The notes below the pieces were generated by a model, which saw nothing but the letters and a program-made list of their open reading frames with translations, was not told the DNA's origin and did no database searches. The position numbers and the translations under genes were made by a program. Positions 58,314-64,000 of a DNA stretch of 64,000 nt are shown in pieces (the stretch's first letter is position 1; the number at the start of each line of letters is the position of its first letter). The stretch comes from Vulcanimicrobiota bacterium (lineage in GTDB: Bacteria > Vulcanimicrobiota > Vulcanimicrobiia > Vulcanimicrobiales > Vulcanimicrobiaceae). The stretch spans positions 1,440,001 to 1,504,000 of the forward strand of contig OY968762.1 in assembly GCA_963695225.1 (NCBI GenBank), read 5' to 3'.

Positions 58314-59417
58314 GTGTCCGTCAGGTTCTTGAAATCGTTGGCCGCAGGTGCGGTGATCCTCGCTTCGGCGGCGCTCTCCGCCTGCGGCGGGGGAGGTGGT
58401 TCCTCGGCCCTTCCCTCGCTCGTCCCTTCCGGAACTCCGTCGTCGACGCCCCCTCAAACGCTGACCGCTCCCGCTTCGAGTGCCGGTTCCGGCGTCTACG
58501 CGCAGTTGTACAGCTCGAGCAGCCCCTTCCGCACGACCGTCGCGCAGCTCAAAGCGGCAGGTGCGACCGTCCTCTCGCAGTCCGCGATGAGCAGCCTCTG
58601 GAACCAGGGCGGCGTATCTTCCCAGGATCTCGGCCCTTCCAGTTACATGTTCCCGGTCTACGTCGCATCGTCGAGCGACCCGGTCAAGACGATCTCCTGC
58701 ACGGGCTACGGACAGTGCAATGCGAACGGCCTGCAGATCCACGTCCCCGGCGGGGCACAGCCGGAGCCGCACGCCGACGGGCACATCGCGATCATCGACA
58801 CGGCGCAGAACTTCGAGTTCGACGGATATCAATGCTCCGTCGGCTCCAGCACGGTTTCGTGCACGTGGGGCGGGAAGTACCCGCTCGGAGGCTCCGGGAT
58901 CACGAACTCCGGCTCCGACGCGGTCCACGCCGGCTACGCGGCGGGTGTCATGGACATCACGGCCCAGGAGCTCGTCAACGGGCAGATCAATCACGCGCTC
59001 GCGGTCAACACGAGTTGCCTGAACAATCCGACCGTCTATCCGGCCGATCCCAATAACGGCGGGTCGGATGCCGGTTGCGGCGGGTCGGGGGCGCCGGCGT
59101 ACGGGCACATGATGCACCTCTTGATGAGCCCGAGCCAAATCGCCGCAACGAACCATTCGGCCGAATGCAAGACGATCCTGACGGCGCTCGCGACGTACGG
59201 GGCCTACACCTACGACACCGGCAACCCGGGCCTCTCGCTCGTCACGGAAAACGCGCTCTCGCAGAGCGCGGTCGGAAAGTCGAGCCCTTGGGTCACGAAG
59301 ATCCTGCCGGATATGGATGCCGCGGGCGAGGCTTCAGGCACGTATTGGAATTCATGCCTGAACGGACTCGGCGCCTCGAACTTCGAGCTGGTCCAGATCC
59401 CTTCGGGGAGCTACTAG
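58314..59417 (+). CDS. Secreted lipoprotein, paralogue D (conserved domain only)
   Basis: GTG start in the shared context; lipobox LSAC-GGGGG; domain ends QIPSGSY. Confidence 0.85.
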   Translation: MSVRFLKSLAAGAVILASAALSACGGGGGSSALPSLVPSGTPSSTPPQTLTAPASSAGSGVYAQLYSSSSPFRTTVAQLKAAGATVLSQSAMSSLWNQGGVSSQDLGPSSYMFPVYVASSSDPVKTISCTGYGQCNANGLQIHVPGGAQPEPHADGHIAIIDTAQNFEFDGYQCSVGSSTVSCTWGGKYPLGGSGITNSGSDAVHAGYAAGVMDITAQELVNGQINHALAVNTSCLNNPTVYPADPNNGGSDAGCGGSGAPAYGHMMHLLMSPSQIAATNHSAECKTILTALATYGAYTYDTGNPGLSLVTENALSQSAVGKSSPWVTKILPDMDAAGEASGTYWNSCLNGLGASNFELVQIPSGSY

Positions 59418-59463
59418 CCCGCGGGCGCAGCGAAGCGCCCCGAGCGCGCCGAACCTACGGCTC

Positions 59464-59925
59464 GTGAAGCTTCGCTTGATCGCGGTCGGCGGCGTCCGCG
59501 AGCCGTACGTCGCAGCCGCCGTGGCCGACTTTCGCGGGCGCTTGCAGCGCCTGACGGCCTACGAGGAACGCGAAATCCCCGCATCGCACGGCCGGGACCC
59601 CGCCCGGGCGATGCGGGAGGAGGCCGAGCGCATCGAGCGGGCCCTCGCGCCCGATGACGCCGTCTGGCTCTTGGAGCGCACCGGCCGCTCGTTCTCGAGC
59701 GTCGAGCTTGCGGAGAAACTCGCCTCGCTCGAACTCGCCGGCGTCCGAAGGCTGGCCCTGATCGTCGCAGGGACGTTCGGGGCCGATCCCTCCTTGATCG
59801 AGCGGGCGGATCTGTGCTGGTCCCTTTCCACGCTCACGTTTCTTCACGAATGGGCCAGGGCGATCGCGCTCGAGCAGCTCTACCGCGCGACGAAGATTCG
59901 CCGTAACGAGCCGTATCACTACTAG
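59464..59925 (+). CDS. rlmH: 23S rRNA pseudouridine-1915 N3-methyltransferase
   Basis: MKLRLIAVG, SS.ELA, SLS.LTF.HE.AR.I.LEQLYRA.KI..NEPYH. Confidence 0.93.
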   Translation: MKLRLIAVGGVREPYVAAAVADFRGRLQRLTAYEEREIPASHGRDPARAMREEAERIERALAPDDAVWLLERTGRSFSSVELAEKLASLELAGVRRLALIVAGTFGADPSLIERADLCWSLSTLTFLHEWARAIALEQLYRATKIRRNEPYHY

Positions 59926-59983
59926 GCCGCGGGCGGCCCGGCGGCGCGCGGAGGGTTGGGCTCCCTCGACGAAGCTCCGCGTA

Positions 59984-61675
59984 ATGATCTCGGAGAGTTC
60001 GGAATTGGATTCGCTCGCGCGTTTTGGGGAGGCGCTGCGGGCGACGGCCCGCGGCATCCTCGGCACGGACCCGCCTGCGGTCGCCTTTGAAAGCCCGCGC
60101 AACCCCGCGTTCGGCGATTTCTCGACGAATCTCGCGCTGCAGCTCGCGAAGACCGCGCGTCGGCCTCCGCAACAGCTCGCGCAGGCGCTTATCGGCGAAA
60201 CGTTCGCCCGCGAGCCGGCCCTCGCGGAAATCGCCGAGGCGAGCGCGGTCGGCGGGTTCATCAACCTGCGCCTCGCGCCGGCGCATTGGCAGCGCGCGGT
60301 CGCGCGGATCCTCCGCGAAGGAGACCGCTACGGCCGCGGGCTGCCGACCGGCATGCACGTCTCGCTCGAATACGGCAGCGCCAATCCGACCGGCCCGCTC
60401 GTCGTCGTCCAAGGGCGCACGCTCTCGCTCGGGGCGGCGCTCGCCGCGGCGATGCGTTTCGTCGGGCACGAGGTCACGACGGAATGGATCATCAACGACG
60501 CCGGTTCGCAGCTCGAGCAACTCGGGCGCTCCCTCCACGCCCGCTACCGCCAGCTCTGGGAGCCCGACTACCCGTTCCCCGAGGACGGCTATCCGGGCGA
60601 CTACCTGATCCCGCTCGCCGAGGCGGTGCGCGCACGGGACGGCGAGCGCTGGCGCCAAGCCGAGGACAGCTCGTGGCTGCCGTACTTCAGCGCGTTTGCG
60701 CGGGACGCCATCGTCGCCGGGCAACAGCGGGTTGCCGAGCGCTTCCGAGCGCTCAACGATCTCTGGCAGAGCGAGCGCGAACTCCACGCCGACGGGAAGG
60801 TCGCCGCGGGGCTCCGCCGTTTGGGCGAGCTCGGACTCACGTACGAGAAGGGCGGCGCGCTCTGGGTCCGCACGACGGAGCACGGCGACGACGAGGATCG
60901 CGTCGTCGTGCGCGCCGACGGGCGCCCGACGTACTATGCCTGCGACGTGGCCTATCACTACGAGAAGTTCCAGCGCGGCGCCGACGTCGTGATCGATATT
61001 CTCGGTCCCGATCACCACGGCTACATCGGCCGCCTCAACACGCTCGCGAGCGCGTACGGTCATCCCGGAAAGATCGAGGTCCAAACGACCGGACAGATGA
61101 CGCTCAAGCGCGGCGCCGAGATCGTTTCGATGTCCAAACGCGCCGGGCACATCGTCACGCTCGAGGAGATCGTCGATGAAGTCGGCGTCGACGCCGCGCG
61201 CTTCTTCTTCGCGATCCCGAGCGCCGAATCGCCGATGACGTTCGATCTCGAGCTTGCGAAGGAACAGTCGAGCGAGAACCCCGTTTACTACGTGCAATAC
61301 GGACACGCGCGCATCGCTTCGATCGAGCGCAAAGCGGCGCCGGCGCTGCTGGAGCGCGCGCTGGCCGGGGAAGGGCTCGAGCGGCTCTCCGAACCCGCGG
61401 AGCTCGCGCTCGCGCGGCGGCTCGCGGAGTTCCCCGCGAAAGTTCGCTCGGTCGCCGAGAGCCGCGCGCCGCACCGGCTCGCGCGCTACGCGCAAGACAT
61501 CGCCGCCGATTTTCACCAATTCTACATGGCCTGCACGGTGCTCGGCGACGACGACGAACTCTCGGCGGGGCGCCTCGGCCTGGCCCACGCGGCGAAACTG
61601 ATCTTGGCGCAAACGCTCGCCATCCTCGGCGTCGCTGCGCCCGAGCAGATGGAGCGGAGCGAACGAGAAGGATGA
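59984..61675 (+). CDS. argS: Arginine--tRNA ligase
   Basis: GDFSTNLAL, GFINL, EYGSANPTGPL, G.PTY...D.AYH, G.DHHGY, MSKRAG, NPVYYVQY.HAR. Confidence 0.94.
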   Translation: MISESSELDSLARFGEALRATARGILGTDPPAVAFESPRNPAFGDFSTNLALQLAKTARRPPQQLAQALIGETFAREPALAEIAEASAVGGFINLRLAPAHWQRAVARILREGDRYGRGLPTGMHVSLEYGSANPTGPLVVVQGRTLSLGAALAAAMRFVGHEVTTEWIINDAGSQLEQLGRSLHARYRQLWEPDYPFPEDGYPGDYLIPLAEAVRARDGERWRQAEDSSWLPYFSAFARDAIVAGQQRVAERFRALNDLWQSERELHADGKVAAGLRRLGELGLTYEKGGALWVRTTEHGDDEDRVVVRADGRPTYYACDVAYHYEKFQRGADVVIDILGPDHHGYIGRLNTLASAYGHPGKIEVQTTGQMTLKRGAEIVSMSKRAGHIVTLEEIVDEVGVDAARFFFAIPSAESPMTFDLELAKEQSSENPVYYVQYGHARIASIERKAAPALLERALAGEGLERLSEPAELALARRLAEFPAKVRSVAESRAPHRLARYAQDIAADFHQFYMACTVLGDDDELSAGRLGLAHAAKLILAQTLAILGVAAPEQMERSEREG

Positions 61676-63102
61676 GCGACGACGCATCGCGCCTCGCGCC
61701 GATGCGCGCGATCTTCGCGCAGCAGCGCGCGGCCGCGCGACGCGAAATCCCCGCGTTCACGAAACGGCGCGCGCAACTCATCACCCTCGAGAGAGCGATC
61801 CGCGGGCACGAGCGCGAGCTCTGCGCGGCGGTCTGCGAGGATTTCGGGCACCGTTCGTTCTACGAGACGCGGCTCGTCGAGGTCCTCGCTTCGCTCAACG
61901 GCGCGCGCTACGCGCGAGCGAACCTCGCGCGCCGCCTCCGCCCGGAACGGCGCCGCGTTTCGCCTTGGTTCTGGCCCTCGACCGCCCACGTCATCCATCG
62001 CCCGGCCGGCGTCGTAGGCATCATCGCGCCGTGGAACTACCCCGTGCATTTGGCGCTCGCCCCGTTCGCGCAGGCACTCGCCGCGGGGAACCGGACGATG
62101 ATCAAGCTCTCCGAAGGGGCGCCGCGGACCTCCGCGCTCGTCGCCCGCATGATCGGCGAGGCCTTCTCGAGCGAGGACGCGTACGTCGTCGAGGGCGACG
62201 TCGACGTCGCCCGCGCCTTCGCGGCGCTGCCCTTCGACCATCTCCTGTTTACGGGCTCGACGGCCGTCGGGCGGGACGTGATGCGCGCGGCCGCCGAGAA
62301 CCTCACGCCCGTCACGCTGGAGCTCGGCGGAAAGAGCCCCGCCCTCGTGGGGCCCGACGCGCCGCTGGACGTCGCCGCCCGCCGCATCCTTTGGGGAAAA
62401 CTGTTCAACGCCGGGCAGACGTGCACGGCGCCCGATTATGCGCTCGTTCCGAAGGACCGCCTCGAGACGTTCGTCGCCGCGTCGGACGCGGCGGTGCGGG
62501 CCCTCGAGCCGGCGTCGCGGGCCGGGAGCCGGACGACGATCGTCGACGACGTTCACCACGCGCGCCTGCGCGCGTTGTTGGAAGACGCGCGGGCGCGCGG
62601 CGCGACGGTCGTCGAACTCGGCGACGAACTCGGCGCCGGCGCAGCCGGAGAGCGCACGTTCCGGCCGGCGCTCGTCCTCGGCGCCGATGCTTCCGCGCGC
62701 GTGATGCGGGAAGAGATCTTCGGTCCGATCCTCCCCGTCCTCGGCTACGCCTCTCTCGAGGAAGCCTTCGGCGTGATCGAGCGGCTACCGCCGCCGCTCG
62801 CCGCCTACCTGTTCGCGGCCGATCCCGCGCTGCGCGAGCGCTTCCTCGCCGCGGTTCCCGCCGGCGGCGTCACGATCGACGGGACGCTGTTGCACTACGT
62901 CCAGGACGATCTACCGTTCGGCGGGCACGGCGCGAGCGGGATCGGCCGTTACCACGGGCGCGAAGGCTTCGAGACGTTCTCGCGCACGCAAGCCGTCTTC
63001 GTGCAGCGCGGAATCGGCGGGTTCGTCGGTTCCGACCTCTTACGCCCGCCCTACGGCATCGTGGCCGACGGGCTGATCCGCCTCATGCAGCTCTGGTCCT
63101 GA
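61672..63102 (+). CDS. Aldehyde dehydrogenase (coniferyl-aldehyde DH / ALDH3-like)
   Basis: APWNYP, FTGST.VG, LELGGKSP, NAGQTC, EEIFGP, PFGG.G.SG.G.YHG. Confidence 0.93.
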   Translation: MSDDASRLAPMRAIFAQQRAAARREIPAFTKRRAQLITLERAIRGHERELCAAVCEDFGHRSFYETRLVEVLASLNGARYARANLARRLRPERRRVSPWFWPSTAHVIHRPAGVVGIIAPWNYPVHLALAPFAQALAAGNRTMIKLSEGAPRTSALVARMIGEAFSSEDAYVVEGDVDVARAFAALPFDHLLFTGSTAVGRDVMRAAAENLTPVTLELGGKSPALVGPDAPLDVAARRILWGKLFNAGQTCTAPDYALVPKDRLETFVAASDAAVRALEPASRAGSRTTIVDDVHHARLRALLEDARARGATVVELGDELGAGAAGERTFRPALVLGADASARVMREEIFGPILPVLGYASLEEAFGVIERLPPPLAAYLFAADPALRERFLAAVPAGGVTIDGTLLHYVQDDLPFGGHGASGIGRYHGREGFETFSRTQAVFVQRGIGGFVGSDLLRPPYGIVADGLIRLMQLWS

Positions 63103-64000
63103 ACCGCCGAACGCTTCCGTCAACTCCGGCTGCTCGCTCGCCATCCACTCGCGGAAGAATCTCCACACGACCTTCACGAGCGCGGCTGCCGGGATGCCGA
63201 GCAAGAGCCCAGGGAGCCCGAACAGCTCGCCCCCCGCGAAGACCGCAAACATCACGACGATCGGCGAAACGCCGACGCTCTCCGCCATCACCTTCGGCAC
63301 GAGCAGCGTATCGCTGACGCGCGCGACGACGAAGACGATCGCCGTGACCCACGCCATCATCCACACGCCCTGCGGCGCGGCGAGCACGATCGCGACGAGC
63401 TGCGCCACGAGCATCCCGAAGAACGGCACCGCGTAGGCGACCGCGCTAAGGACCGCCACCAAGAGCGCGAACTTGAAGCCGATCGCGAGACAACCCGCGA
63501 AGATCAGGAGGCCCGTGATCGTACACAGCGCGGTCTGGCCGGCCACGTAGCCGCCGAAAACGCGCGCCAATTCGGCGCCGAGCGCCCGCGCCGTCGCGCG
63601 CCGGTGTGCCGGCACGAGACGTTCCACCGACGTCGCCATCGCGTCGGAGCGCAACAGGAAGAACGCTGAAAGCACGAGCGCGGAGAACGCGATGAAGATC
63701 GCGTTCCCGGTGTTGATCAGGAGATCCGGCGCGGAAGCGAGCGCCGAATTCAGAACGATCGCGGCGCGCGTTCCGAAGTAATCGTGCAGGCTGCTCGAAC
63801 CCGCCGGCAAGACCTGCGCCCCGAGGTGCGAGCGGATGAAACTCTCGCCGCGCCCGAGGAAGTTCTGCGTCGCGAGGATGTAATCGGGGAGATGCCCCGA
63901 GAGCACCTGGATCTGCTCGAACGTCGCCGGCAGCACGAGCACGGCGAGCAGAACGAACGTTCCGATCAAGATGGCGAATACGAGCGTGACCGCGAAGCCC
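63040..64000 (-). CDS. AI-2E (PerM/UPF0118) family membrane protein, 5' end outside the window
   Basis: GY..GQ, VPFFG, LVPKVM..SVGVSP, GGELFG..GLLL.IP..A. Confidence 0.88.
   Translation of the reverse strand, partial: GFAVTLVFAILIGTFVLLAVLVLPATFEQIQVLSGHLPDYILATQNFLGRGESFIRSHLGAQVLPAGSSSLHDYFGTRAAIVLNSALASAPDLLINTGNAIFIAFSALVLSAFFLLRSDAMATSVERLVPAHRRATARALGAELARVFGGYVAGQTALCTITGLLIFAGCLAIGFKFALLVAVLSAVAYAVPFFGMLVAQLVAIVLAAPQGVWMMAWVTAIVFVVARVSDTLLVPKVMAESVGVSPIVVMFAVFAGGELFGLPGLLLGIPAAALVKVVWRFFREWMASEQPELTEAFGGSGPELHEADQPVGHDAVGRA

Noticed and set aside
59900..59990. Mobile-element attachment site at the rlmH 3' end (orfX-like)
   Set aside because: argS follows directly; no recombinase or direct repeat is visible.

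Overview
GC-rich bacterial chromosomal window, mostly housekeeping. It carries scpAB, a split glycine-cleavage system (gcvT-gcvH, and gcvP under a tandem glycine riboswitch), speD/speE, sufB, rplU-prp, hom, trmD-rplS-lepB-lepB-rbgA-rnhB-yraN, a ribose-type ABC transporter, nrdR-dut-panE, coproheme decarboxylase, dprA, rlmH and argS. Accessory content includes a Calvin-cycle block (prk, red-type cbbL, cbbS, cbbX), a TerY-P (vWA/PP2C/kinase) triad and a cluster of four paralogous secreted proteins sharing an uncharacterised Cys-rich domain. The gene mix suggests Ca. Eremiobacterota/Vulcanimicrobiota; this is inference, not verified. The strongest unexplained signals are non-coding. (i) Four dispersed intergenic copies of a 161-164 nt nested-hairpin element keep their architecture by compensatory changes while the arm sequence diverges. 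(ii) A conserved ~150 nt leader, with a further upstream motif, precedes the secreted paralogues. Several enzymes have degenerate catalytic motifs (ArgRS HIGH, EAL, amidinotransferase paralogue), and nrdR appears to need a CTG start. No tRNA, rRNA, CRISPR array or transposase was recognised. Many start codons were re-assigned by hand from the ORF track.
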